Positions 25,871-39,920 of a DNA stretch of 64,000 nucleotides are shown here, piece by piece. The DNA is from Octopus bimaculoides (lineage: Eukaryota). The DNA lies in contig NC_068990.1 of the NCBI RefSeq assembly GCF_001194135.2, positions 4,573,142 through 4,637,141 on the forward strand, in the 5' to 3' direction. The position numbers and the translations under genes were made by a program. Each line of letters starts with the position of its first letter. Position 1 is the first letter of the stretch. The notes below the pieces were generated by a model. It made no database searches. It was given only the letters and a program-made list of their open reading frames with translations, and was not told the DNA's origin.

Positions 25871-28204
25871 CGTTGGTTCACTATCATAGTTTAAGTCCTT
25901 AATGATTTCACGCTAGTATGTCTTGAGAGTGAAGAGATTGAACAGGTAAAACTAGTCCCAAAATATTAAACATCAAAGTTAAACCTGTAAGCATTTTGAT
26001 GCTAACATTTGAAAAAATTCACAAAGCCACAAATATGCTTGCTGTGTCCCCTTTCTAATGCAGGAGAGAGAGAGAGCGAGAGAGAGAGACAGACAGACAT
26101 ACCAGTTCTATTAAGTATACTGAATCATCTTGGAAGAATTAGACATGAAATTCAATGACGTCTATCATAGAACAGTATTTACTTCCTCTCATCCCTAGTT
26201 CAAACCATAACTTTACATGGCATCCCTATACAGCTATTGCATAAGAATAAAACTGCTTCATCTGACTAAGTCTCTACTCTATAGACACTAGCTTGAACTT
26301 TCTTCAAGAAACCATTTTTTATTTTTATTATTGTTCATTGTTTTTGATTGTGTAAATTTTGACTAAACAATTGTTCCTGCTTAACCTTAGATCAACCTTG
26401 AAAGAGTAGGCCTAAAATAATGTCTTGGATTCTTTGTATATCTGGGACCAATTTGGCTGTAATTTTTAGCAAATTTAGTGATTACAAAGAAATCAGGGCT
26501 CTACATAATAATTGCAATAGGGATCAGTTGATTTTTATCTGTTTAATTGTTGAGTGGCTCGTAAAGGTGCATGAAGAGTAGTTTTAAGGTATTTAGCTTT
26601 ACAGATTAGAGAAGAGTCATTACTTTAATGCCAACCATCTCTGTAGAGAATTAAAATTTAATGAGTAAAGCAAGAGGATGCATCTACATGAAAGCTGCTA
26701 TAACTATAACATAATGAATAATAGAAATGAGCTTATGACAAAAATGAAAAATCAGGTTACACATATACATATATATTAGAGGTGAATGATTGTAGAGATA
26801 TTTTGGAAATTAATTGCAACAATAACATGTGTTGGTTTTACAAACAATAGCTGTAGTAACAGTAGTAGCAATGACAGTAGCAATTGACAACAATCGAATC
26901 CAGGACGCAGTGCAAACAAATGCTGCAAAAACAAAATCATGTAGGGATATGCTTGACATTTACTTTCACATTTCCCCTTCTGTTATATGATCAGGAGAAA
27001 TGTCTGACCCATCGTTAAACCAAAACGTTAACAAGTGTAAAAGAAAACTGTTCCTCTACATATATGGTTAATAATTCAACATATATGTGTGTGCTGATTT
27101 AACCACCAAAATCAAATTGATATAAAGTTGCTATTTATGTACATATTTCTGTTGTATTTCCTTTCTCTTGTTTAGCTAGTTTGTCTTGCATATGATATGT
27201 TTATTAGAACTAGTCTGCTGTTTACAAAAAAAAAAAAAAATTAAGTACAGATTTTTTTTTTCTATTTTGCTTAGCTGGGTTTAATAAAATATTTTTACTT
27301 CTTAGTCTTTGAAAAGCTGGAGCAGACACTTAAGCAATCCATCAAAGAAAGAATTTGGAGAAAAAAGAAGAGGTTCCTAATATTTTCATGGTTGGAACAT
27401 GTGATGTACATTCAAATAAAAAAGATTAAATCCTTCATCATCTCTTTGAGTATTAAAATACTGAAAGACATCTTAAACAAAGTTTCCAATATTAACATGG
27501 TAATTTCTCTTTCTGAGAGAAACCAAAGAGAATAGAAACCATTCTTATACAAAATCTGAAATTTGCTTGAAAGAAACACGTGTCTTAATAAGAGGCCACA
27601 GAGAAAAAGCGAAAGTATAGAACAGTGAAAATAGGCAAAGAATGATAGTTTGATAAGGCAGCAGATAACTTCTGTGTCTCTTTGTTCTTAAGTTAGCACA
27701 TTCAAAAGCTAAGCATACTGCAAATCAAAATGATTGAACCAAAATTTAGCTGGTGAGTGTGAGCTTAGACAGACAAAGTGATTATCATGGATTCAATGGA
27801 TTTCAGTGAAATCATGGTGGTGCTGTCTATCTGGAAGTGTATAAAATGGAAACAGTGAAAAAAAAAAAAAAAAAAAAAAAAAAACAACATTGGAGCAGGT
27901 TCACATGCAAGTTGGCATTATCCAAGGGACTAATGCAAGCAGTATCAAGTTGCTAAGTAGGCTGATTGATTCCAGATTTACAGTTAGATGGAAAAAAGAA
28001 ATGCTCAACAAAAGCAGTTAGAGAAAATCAGGCAGAGCTGGTAAACACTCACATCATTTTATTGGTCTATTTCTGCCAAATTCTCTTAGGGAACATCTGG
28101 ATAAATAAAAACATGCCTTTGCTGTGTTTGCTGTTTTTTCTTCTTAAAAAAAGGGTCAATGTCTATGCATAAAATATCCCTCTATTTATAATGTTCTGCT
28201 TGTA

Positions 28205-28386
28205 AATGTGTAAATATACACTATGAAACATCAATTATAGAGCACATGTGGTTCACTTTGTCCACCATTTCTAGGCCTGGTTTGTTGTGCCTAAGCACCT
28301 GGTCTGTTTGGATTGAGAAACCTCACAGGATTTTGCAGGTCTCTGACTCCTCAACTCACTGTGGTTTGTGCTCATACCATGTCTTC
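28205..28386 (-). mobile_element. R4/Dong-clade non-LTR retrotransposon fragment (start of the restriction-like endonuclease)
   Basis: KTWYEHKPQ*VEESETCKIL*GFSIQTDQVLRHNKPGLEMVDKVNHMCSIIDVS matches the WYEHxPxxVxENxxxKILWDFxIQTDxxIxHNRPDIVVxDK motif. Confidence 0.8.
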
Positions 28387-28879
28387 ATAATCATTATGAT
28401 CATTAGTGTTGTTGTTGTATTTGACTAAGTAGCAAGAAAACATCTTTCAAAACATTTTATTCAAACATTACCAAATGGAATTTTCTTTGGAATATAACTA
28501 TAATTAAATAAGGAAGATTATCCTTGATACCCAGGTTTAGACAACAGATAAAAAGGGGTTTGTTTCACTAACATTTTAAAATTTTACTTACATTATATTT
28601 TCACATCCAAATAAGGCTATCACACATAATTATACCACATGACAAAACATCAAATGGTTATATAAACAAACAAACTTGAAACTGAAAGCTGAATGTATGA
28701 GAGGAAAAAGAAGATGAATACTTTAGTGAAGGTTTTATAGAAGAAAATGTCCCTAATACAGCGACAGCGATAGCAAAAATTGTATCTAATCTTGCACAAT
28801 TTCAAATGCTTTGGTTTATCTATATAGTAGCTGTGTGAAGTTAAACCTGCTCTTGATACAGTTCTTGATACAGTTTGAA

Positions 28880-29800
28880 CCGATGGAATTTTGAAATCTC
28901 TCTCAGTTACAAGAGAAAAACAATACAGATAGGATTTTGTAAAACCCAATGGAATTTCTTTGCTTCAAAAAACTTCAAGAGAGGCAAAGAGAAACGCTGC
29001 ATACCTCTGCTTATAAAAAGATGAGAATAGATTTAAAATTCCTTCAAAGACATAATGAGAGAAATTATCTTAAATGGAAAAACAAAAGTTATGGTACTAT
29101 TTTTGCTGTACCTTTAAAGTTGAAGATGCAGTTAAAACACAGGACAAAATTGTCAAATATACCACTGGCTACATATTTGTGGCCCAGTACATAGGTCAAA
29201 ACATAAGAGTCATAAGAGATGCTGGACATTACACAGACCATTGTTAGTAGTTTATTTTGTGTTGCCGCATGGAAAGCCGTCAAAGCAGGTTTAACGAAAG
29301 GTGATCTGTGATCAAGAGGTGTCAAAATGGATTTGCAAGTCCTAATGACATACAAAGGCCACAGAGCAATACTGAAACTATGCCCAGTAGAAGGCACCAA
29401 TACAAAGGGCATGAAGTTAATGATATAGGGCTGACGGTCGAGTGGTTACATTTATTGGAGTGAAACATACCAGAACTGAAAACCTGGAAGAACTGAGGAG
29501 ATGAAGTAAAAAGAAGGGATATGGAAGTAATGTGGAGCAACAACAACAACAAAAGAAGAACAAAACCTAGTTTCCAGAGTACTACCAAACAAAACTCTGG
29601 AAGTAAAGGAAATGTCTTTAGGCCTAGATGAGTAAATACTTTGTTCTTTCCAGTATCAGCCTGTAGTACAACTCCTTCATTGTGTGATGATGAAATGAAG
29701 AAAAAAGGATAATTATGGATGAAAATTCCCAAATGTTCTGTAAAAGTACAAAGGGAACAAAAAGTGGGGAATTCAGAGAAAAAGAAAACTTGGCATAAAA
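28880..29800 (+). mobile_element. Decayed LINE ORF1-like element, copy 1 (L1/Tx1-type ORF1 by inference)
   Basis: Nucleotide homology to 31330-32340(-) and 46330-46890(-); remnants YIFVAQYIGQ, KGDL*SRGVKMDLQVL, and G*RSSGYIY (degenerate GRxPxCYxC zinc-knuckle start). Confidence 0.5.
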
Positions 29801-31329
29801 CAAACAAAATTAACCATTAGGACAGCTTTCAGGTAACGATCTTCTACCTCATTAAATGCCTTGGATGACTCTAAATTAAAACTGACTTTTTGTCAATGGC
29901 ATTCCAATCATAATCATCTTAACTTGTTTTCTGAGACAAACTTGCAAGACTACATAGTCCAATATCTATTTCTTTATGTAAGATGGTAGGATATGATTTC
30001 ATTGAGATTCATAGCAGGGGGATATTAAAAATATACCAAAAGCAATTAAATTCTTTTAGTGTATGACTGGTATTACTTTATAATTTCTAAAGTTTATAAT
30101 TTTATAAAATTCTAAATCTATGTCAGATTAATAATATGAATTCCATTCTTAGGTGCAAAAACACAAATTTTGGCAAGGCAAAAATCAATTATATTGGTTC
30201 TTATATATGATTAGTATTTTATTTTATTTACTCTAGAAGGATGAAAGGTACAACTTGATCACATAGGATAAAGAGATGTTGCTAATTACTATAAGCATTT
30301 CGACCAGTATTCTACAGAACATCAATACTACTTTTACCAAAACAGTTGTGGCTTTAGTAATTTAGTCCAAGATCAACCCTGATTGAACATGTAATCATAT
30401 GAACAAAGGCATTCTAACCAGGACAAATCTATTTTTTGTTCAGACACAATGTATACAGTGTCATATACCCTACAAATCATACCCTACCATATTATTTTTA
30501 ATACTGTAGGGTATGATTTGTAGGGTATTTGGCTGGTATTTCTAGCTAATCAAGCAACAAAATAGAAGCATTTTTTTGTTGACTCATCAATTAAATGGTT
30601 TCCTTCATGAGTAAAAGTTCATGCATTTAAAACAATACAAATGTGATGTTGTAATGTGTACACTTTTCTTAAAAGGGTCTTGAATATTTCCAACTGTAGG
30701 GTAAAAGACAGATAATTTGGGGTACTGATGTGTTACCATCATTCTATTGTATTTACCATAATCTTAATAGTAATAACCATATCTTTATTAGACACAAAGA
30801 CTTGAAGGATTTAGGAAATATGAAACTTGCATTAAGGATTACAAAGAAAAAAAAGGATAATACAGGGTGTGGAAAAGAAATACATTTGGAAATTATAAAG
30901 GGAGGTGCTATGTGGTGGTTTAGAATATATGGAATGATGTATTAAGAATTTTAAAGGTGCACATAGGCACACATATAAACACATATACACATTTGCATGA
31001 AAATATTAAAAAGAAGTGCAATGAAATACACAAAATTAAAATGAGGTATAATTTAAAACATGACTGATTTTCTGGCCTGGTTGAGTTAAATATTAAACAA
31101 CCCTGTTCTTTTAACCATCTCTCAACTAAATGCTCATGTAAGCATGTTTTGAGACAACTGGTGCTGAAAGACACCAAAATCTTGTGAAGAATCTTTTTTG
31201 TTTTTGATAGACTTAATTTTAATATTTTTGTATGCTGTTAATATTTTTGCATATAGCTTATATCCCGAACCTAATTGTTTATATGTCATTCTAACATTTT
31301 GAGGGTCTGAAGAACCAAAGATGTGTAAT

Positions 31330-32340
31330 TTTGTCTATTAATGATTTGTTTCATTTTCAAAGAATAGCAAATATTAGTTCATCTTCATCTTCTGCATTTT
31401 CTTCACCATTTTCCAGAGGAGGTATTTTGTTGTCATTTAGAAGAAATTGTTTCCCTCGCCTATTTTGTTGTTTTATGTGATTCCCCCCGCCACAATTTTT
31501 ACCTTTGTATTTTATCTATAATTATTTCTTCTTCATCACATGATGAGAATGTGGTAATACTGATTGGTATTGTTAGGGAACAAAGTATTTCCCTATCTAT
31601 TTGTGATACTGAGTCTAACAACATTTCTTTTGCTCTTCCCAGAGTTTTGCTGTTGCTTATTATTATTTTCTTTTTCCTTGCTTTTCCTTAATCATCCCAG
31701 TTCTGAATATTAAACTGAGGGATGTTTTACTCTAAGAAATGCAACAAATAGGCGTTCTACTCTGTATGATCAATTTTAAGCTCTTCCTGGGATCTTGGTG
31801 GTGTCATTAGGATATCTTATGTTCACATGCCACATCTTGTTAACCTTTGTTTAACTGCTCATCCATGCAGCAACAAGCACGTGCACACTCACACACTCAC
31901 ACACACACACACAATAGACAACTAATAACCATGGGTCAACATTATGTCTAACGTCTTTTATTGTAATTCTTGTGTTTCTTTAACCCATGGACTGAGGCAG
32001 GTACAAATGTATAGTCAGAGGTTTGTCTGACGATTATTTCAGTCTGATTTTGGCTGTGTTTTCAGTTTTGAAGGTGCAACAAATAGTGCTTTAACTTTTG
32101 CCTTTTCCAAGTGAGATAATCTCTCCTTTGTTTTTGAGAGCTTGTCGTATCACTTTTCAGGAGTGAAAATTTAATGTAGTCTCATTTTTTCATTGACACA
32201 GATATATATTTTTTCTTTTGGACTTCTCTTGGATCATCTTATGAGGCAAAGACATGCAGTTAGCTTTTTTCAAAATTCTCCTCCATACATTTTTTCTTGT
32301 CACTGAAATGTCCCAAAATACTGTCTCTTCAGTTTGTGTT
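31330..32340 (-). mobile_element. Decayed LINE ORF1-like element, copy 2
   Basis: Reverse complement aligns with copy 1 (e.g. gagagattatctcacttggaaaaggcaaaagtt vs gagagaaattatcttaaatggaaaaacaaaagtt; aaaactctgggaagagcaaaagaaatg vs aaaactctggaagtaaaggaaatg); LKLIIQSRTPICCIS. Confidence 0.55.
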
Positions 32341-32399
32341 GACGAGAGGCTTGTCTTCACACAGCTAATTTATGAATTGCTTACTTGCTTGCTTCATGC

Positions 32400-32670
32400 T
32401 CTTGCTTGATGGAGCTGGGGGTCATCCCAGGTTAGTGGTCTCAGAGGTGTCATCATCATGTATAGAGTCAATCAGGTCCACCAGTTTTCCACATTGCTGG
32501 TGGTCTTTTTCCAGCCCCTCTGCATCCTCCAAGATGATATCAAGCCTCTGGAGATCTTCCTTAATCATATCCAGCCATCTGGTGCAAGGCCTTCCATGGG
32601 GCCTCTTCCAGCCCTCTGCTACTGCATTGGATGAGAGTAAGGCCTTGTGCTTTATGAATGGATTGTAATC
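32400..32670 (-). mobile_element. RTE-clade LINE 3' end
   Basis: EGWKRPHGRPCTRWLDMIKEDLQRLDIILEDAEGL matches the RTE terminal GxRPRGRPRTRWLDxVKxDL motif. Confidence 0.85.
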
Positions 32671-32783
32671 CTTGACTTTGTTTTAAGAATTGCTATTGTT
32701 ATTGTTGTTACTGTCATTGTCTTCCAAATTACTTGAGTTTTCAGGAGATTTTCCTTTTATGCATTTAATTGCATGATTGGATT

Positions 32784-32838
<55 letters not shown>

Positions 32839-33104
32839 TTGTGTCTGCCATTGTGACGCTCTGTCATGTAGTATAATTGTATTAATCATTTTGGATGTGC
32901 GTAAATGAAATTTTAAAACATTGTAAAATTTTAAAAGCTATTGTCTAGCCCTAGGTACTGAGAGCAGGTTTTCCTTTGCCTATTATAGTTGTTTTTACAA
33001 GTATTTCAAAGGAAATTTCAATTGGTAACACTTAAAACAAAATATGTTTGGAAAGGAGACCCAAAAGATTGCCTTCATACTATGAAAGTCAATCATCATC
33101 ATAA

Positions 33105-33290
33105 TCCTCATCATGTAGTGTCTGTCTTCTATGCTGGCATGGGTTGAATGGTTTGACAGGTGCCAGCAAGCCAGAAGTATGTGCCAAGCTTCACTGTCTA
33201 TTTTGGCATGATTTTATGACTGGATGCCCTTCCTAACGCCCACCACTTTACAGAGTGGACTGGATGATATTTACATGGCACTAGTACCAA
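33105..33290 (-). mobile_element. SINE family E (RTE-type tail; ggatgcccttcctaacgcc body)
   Basis: catcatc...tctatgctggcatgggttgaatgg...ggatgcccttcctaacgcccaccac homologous to 63768-64000. Confidence 0.75.
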
Positions 33291-33319
33291 TAATAATAAT
33301 AATAATAATAATAAATCAA

Positions 33320-34670
<1,351 letters not shown>

Positions 34671-34690
34671 ATAATAATAAGAAGAAGAAG

Positions 34691-34955
34691 AATAGTTATA
34701 ATAATAATAATCCCTATTGTTATCAGAGCATTGGGTTCAATACTACTCAATCTGAAAACATCTGAAAACCTTAGAGATACCCTACAATCTGGATGTGTTG
34801 TAAAAGTCAGCATTACTTGGAACTGCACGCATATTGTGTAAAGTACTGTCTGTCTGAGGTCCTTGTTGTGGCTTGACAAACAGTACAAAGCCCCGATAGA
34901 CATAATTTCTTCAATCAACAACCTCACGATATTGTATACTGTGCGACGTCTATAA
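34691..34955 (+). mobile_element. R4/Dong-clade 3' fragment C
   Basis: IPIVIRALGSILLNLK, LEIPYNLDVL*KSALLGTARILCKVLSV*, then a 3' UTR ending in ataataataat. Confidence 0.85.
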
Positions 34956-35124
34956 TAATAATGGTTTTTGATTTAGGAACAAGACTAACAATTTCGAAAG
35001 GAAGGAGTAATCAATACTATCCACCCCAGATTTGAACTCAGAGTGAAAAATGTCAGGAGAAATAATATGTGGTTTTCTTCTTAATACTAACATTTCTGCC
35101 AAGCCACCACCCTAATAATAATAA

Positions 35125-35270
35125 TTTTCACTTCTAGCTCAGGTACAAGGCCAGCAATTTCAAAGGTAGGACATGAGTTGATAACATTGATTCAATACTT
35201 TACTGATACTTTATTTTATTGACCTAGCAATGATGGAAGGCAAAGTTGATCTTGGCAGGATTTGAATTAA
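35125..35270 (-). mobile_element. SINE family A, 3' part
   Basis: ggtacaaggccagcaatttc...gatggaaggcaaagttgatcttggcaggatttgaa. Confidence 0.7.
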
Positions 35271-36319
35271 TATTAATAAAAATAATGATGATAAAGAAGA
35301 ACAATAATTTATAAATTAACTACTAGATTTATGAGTAATAAGTAATGATTAACCCTTATAAATATCTCATAAGTAATCACATGATGTAAATGCATATAAA
35401 GATACTAGTGACTAAAGAGATGCATGTAAATAGTTCGTAATTATTGCTTTTCTTAATCTGAGCATTTCATGTTGATGGGAAACAAAAAGATGTAAAACAC
35501 AGGAATGATAATAATGAATGAATGGGGTGATGATAATGGTTATGATGGTAATACTGATTGAGATGATCATGATAATGATGAAGATCAAAATGTATTAGAA
35601 AAATATTCCCAATAGTTTAGCAGTTGATGAATCAATAGAAGTTGACACGTACACGGCAATACAACATCAATATATCTTTATATCATTCCTTTAAAATAAT
35701 GCTATTTTGGACTTGCACTGTGGAAACTTTCCTTAAGCAACACTTATCTGAAACTAATGCTTTTTCATAGCATGTTCTATAGTGTCCTTTCACACCTCAA
35801 GCAGTAGGTAAACAAATGTGAGAAGAATTTTCCTGAGATTTCTTCCAGTTTTAAACAGGATTCCTTTCTTCTTTTGCTTAAAATGCTTTGAGACTTAATG
35901 GAAAAAGAAGTAGGAAATCCTGGTTCATAAAATTATGTGAACAATATATCATAAAGGTTGGTTTTATGAAGGGACTAAGTGGAAAGGTTATATTACAAGA
36001 ATTCACAATTATGTCACATCATTGAAACTGAAGGAAAATGTTTAAAAGCACAACAAAGATTGACAAATCATGAAATTTTCCTTTGTGAAATTGTAATCTT
36101 TTAGACAATAAATAGATTTGTGCATGTATATGTACATAGGAAATACTGCACATGTCAATATGAATATATGTTAGAATGACAATATATGTAAGAGTTTATT
36201 TTGTGTGTGAACCTGTGCTATTTTCAGTATGCACTTGCAAAATCATGTGCATGTGTAGTTGCATGCATGTGTAAGAATGATATTGTGTATGCATGCATGT
36301 GACAGAAAAATTGTGTATA

Positions 36320-36455
<136 letters not shown>

Positions 36456-37654
36456 GATATATACTCATATATATATATATATGAGTATATTTTATATGAG
36501 AATCAGTATCGATACTCAATGTGTACTTGTACATGTAAGCATGCATGACTCTCTGTTTGCTATTTATTAAACAGTATCTATGATAGCTACATTAATGTAT
36601 GCATGTAAGTGCAGTATTTTCGTCATGTTCATTGCATTATCTGATAACATTTATATGTGAATATTTTTACACATATCAATGCTGAATATAACGTCATACA
36701 TATTTTACTCACAACCTTTATTATTGTGTATATTGATATTTTTGTATATTGTACTATTATGCTATTATCTTCTACATTTGTTACTAAACACATTAGTATG
36801 CTTTTTGTATAATCTTCTGTAAAGCATGTGTGTGTTGTATAACATAAAATATATTCATATATATATATACAAGGAGGAAGAATGAGAGAGAGAGGAAATA
36901 GACACACACACACACACACTCACACACACACACACACACACATATATATGTATATATATATATAGTGACAAAAAGAGAGAGAGAGAGAGAGAGTGAGAAA
37001 GCTTAACTGTCAAAAGATTGAATAATTTACAATTTATGTAACATCTCACAATATTATTTCATTTTACATTTTCAAGTATTTTGCAGACTATTTCTAAACT
37101 TTTGAAGAAAAAAATTTTCTCTCATTTTCTTTGTAAAACTTTAGCGCAAATATTAGAATAGAATTTCAATGTTAACAAATCTATTTCTAGGGTGATAAAC
37201 AAGTAAGATTATTTCACTGTAGTATTTCAAATATTAGGACAAAAAAAATGTAAAAAGTAAAACAGAAGCAATTATTATGATTACTCACAATATTCTATAT
37301 TTCTTAGCAATTTAAATAATTAAATAGTGGAAATGAGATATTAAAAAAGAAAAAAGTTTTGCACATGCTGAAGAATAAAAAAAAAATCAGGATGTGTTGT
37401 ACATAGATTTGGAAGATGAGTATGATCACATCCTCACACAAAAAAGAAGACATTGGCAAAACCAGAAAAATACAACAGTAGACATGTACATTTTAATTTT
37501 TAGATATAATTTGATCTAGTCATTCATTTGATAATCAGTATATTGGACAACTGATATTAGTAACACATTGAAGTATCCTCTGTGTAGTTATTCAACGTGC
37601 AAGAAATACCAGCCAAATTTCTCTAAAACCACATATAATGAAGGATGGTATATC

Positions 37655-37900
37655 AAAAATACCTAGACTTAGATACTATCTTTTATTTGTTTCAGTCACT
37701 AGACTGCAGCTATGCTGGGGCACCACCTTGAAGGGTTTAACCAAATTGCACTCAGTATTTATTTTCTTTTTAAGCCTGGTAGTTATTCTGTTGGACTCTT
37801 TTGGCTGAACACATAAGTTCTAGAGATGTAAACAAACCTACACTGGTTGTCAAATGGTGATGGGGACAAATACAATACAAAGATACATACACATACATAC
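37655..37900 (-). mobile_element. SINE family B, 3' half
   Basis: ttgtttcagtcactagactgcagctatgctggggcaccacc...ctacactggttgtcaaatggtgatggggacaaatac is the reverse complement of the family B tail. Confidence 0.75.
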
Positions 37901-38591
37901 ATACTTATACACACACACACATATAGATATGGCAGATGGAAGATGGAATATATGAGAATATATTATTAATCATGACAATTGTTTTCGACACATCTAACAA
38001 CGATCCCTCATGGGTGGGACACTCAACAATTGGTACAGTAGCATCCGGCAGTGCAGATGTATCTCGTCTGGTGATAAATAGATAAAACTCGTTAAAATAA
38101 CAGTCCTGCAATGTAACTTCTCATTTTGTAGAAAGGAAAACAGCCAGATGGAGGATATATCTTCATTTATATAGAAGATCAAAAATAAAATCACAGATGG
38201 AAAAAAGGAGAAATGAACATGCAATACAGCGAGAAAAGTATTAAAAAGAACTGTTAACGAATATGGATGTATAAACACCCTCAGGCAAGCTGCGTCGCAC
38301 AAGTACACTTGCTCATACAAGCATCTGTTAAAATGTGATCATATGCACATGTGAGGTTTGGTGCACTCATGATCAAAAAGTGAGTTAACTATCTACTTGG
38401 TGTTTGTAAGAATGGGGAGGTTAAAAGTAGACTTCAGTCATCCATATCTTAAAGAATAAGTCCTGGGGTCAATTTCTTTGACTAAAGGTGGTGCTCCAGC
38501 ATGGCCACATATCGTCATCCTCATCATCCTTTAACATCCATTTCCTATGCTGGCATGGTATGGACGGTTTGACCAGAGCTGGTAAGCTGCA

Positions 38592-39409
38592 NNNNNNNNN
38601 NNNNNNNNNNNNNNNNNNNNNNNNNNNNNNNNNNNNNNNNNNNNNNNNNNNNNNNNNNNNNNNNNNNNNNNNNNNNNNNNNNNNNNNNNNNNNNNNNNNN
38701 NNNNNNNNNNNNNNNNNNNNNNNNNNNNNNNNNNNNNNNNNNNNNNNNNNNNNNNNNNNNNNNNNNNNNNNNNNNNNNNNNNNNNNNNNNNNNNNNNNNN
38801 NNNNNNNNNNNNNNNNNNNNNNNNNNNNNNNNNNNNNNNNNNNNNNNNNNNNNNNNNNNNNNNNNNNNNNNNNNNNNNNNNNNNNNNNNNNNNNNNNNNN
38901 NNNNNNNNNNNNNNNNNNNNNNNNNNNNNNNNNNNNNNNNNNNNNNNNNNNNNNNNNNNNNNNNNNNNNNNNNNNNNNNNNNNNNNNNNNNNNNNNNNNN
39001 NNNNNNNNNNNNNNNNNNNNNNNNNNNNNNNNNNNNNNNNNNNNNNNNNNNNNNNNNNNNNNNNNNNNNNNNNNNNNNNNNNNNNNNNNNNNNNNNNNNN
39101 NNNNNNNNNNNNNNNNNNNNNNNNNNNNNNNNNNNNNNNNNNNNNNNNNNNNNNNNNNNNNNNNNNNNNNNNNNNNNNNNNNNNNNNNNNNNNNNNNNNN
39201 NNNNNNNNNNNNNNNNNNNNNNNNNNNNNNNNNNNNNNNNNNNNNNNNNNNNNNNNNNNNNNNNNNNNNNNNNNNNNNNNNNNNNNNNNNNNNNNNNNNN
39301 NNNNNNNNNNNNNNNNNNNNNNNNNNNNNNNNNNNNNNNNNNNNNNNNNNNNNNNNNNNNNNNNNNNNNNNNNNNNNNNNNNNNNNNNNNNNNNNNNNNN
39401 NNNNNNNNN
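38592..39409. other. Assembly gap (N run)
   Basis: Direct observation. Confidence 1.
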
Positions 39410-39655
39410 CTTACGCATGTCCTCAGCAGTCACAGCCCATGTAGCATGGCTGTTCGTACACATGCGTCATACAGTCTGCCTTTTACCCTGAGTGAGAGTC
39501 CCTTTGTCGCCAGCAGAGGTAAGAGCTCTCTAAACTTGGCCCAGGCTATTCTTATTCTAGCAGTTACACTTTCAGCGCACCCACCTCCACTACTAACTTG
39601 GTCACCCAGATAACGGAAGCTATCAACTACCTCTAGTTTTTCTCCCTGGAATGAG
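39410..39655 (-). mobile_element. Well-preserved RTE-clade RT fragment
   Basis: GEKLEVVDSFRYLGDQVSSGGGCAESVTARIRIAWAKFRELLPLLATKGLSLRVKGRLYDACVRTAMLH, small deletion, then AVTAEDMRK; no stop codons in the first 70 aa. Confidence 0.92.
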
Positions 39656-39759
39656 ATAGAAGTTGTTTCCTGTTTCTTTACAGTGTTTATTGCACCTGAA
39701 CATCTGCCACATACAAAGACTAACTTTGTAGTTAATCTGCCTTATAGACACACATACAC

Positions 39760-39920
39760 ATACATACACACATACATGCATAATAGATTTCTTTCACTTT
39801 CAGTCTACCACACCTGCTCACAAGGCTTTGGTTGACCTGGGGCTATAGTAGAAGACACTTGCTCAAGGTGTCATACAGTAGGACTGTTCCCAGAACTATA
39901 GAAACTTCTCATCACCCAAC
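39760..39920 (-). mobile_element. SINE family B, 5' half
   Basis: ctcacaaggctttggttgacctggggctatagtagaagacacttgctcaaggtgtc is the reverse complement of the family B head and core. Confidence 0.75.

Noticed and set aside
37995-38055. LLYQL(L/V)S similarity between this minus-strand reading and the phase-1 reading of the 3656-3733 exon
   Set aside because: Only about 25 nt; the 78-bp exon is better explained in phase 0, and the flanks do not align.
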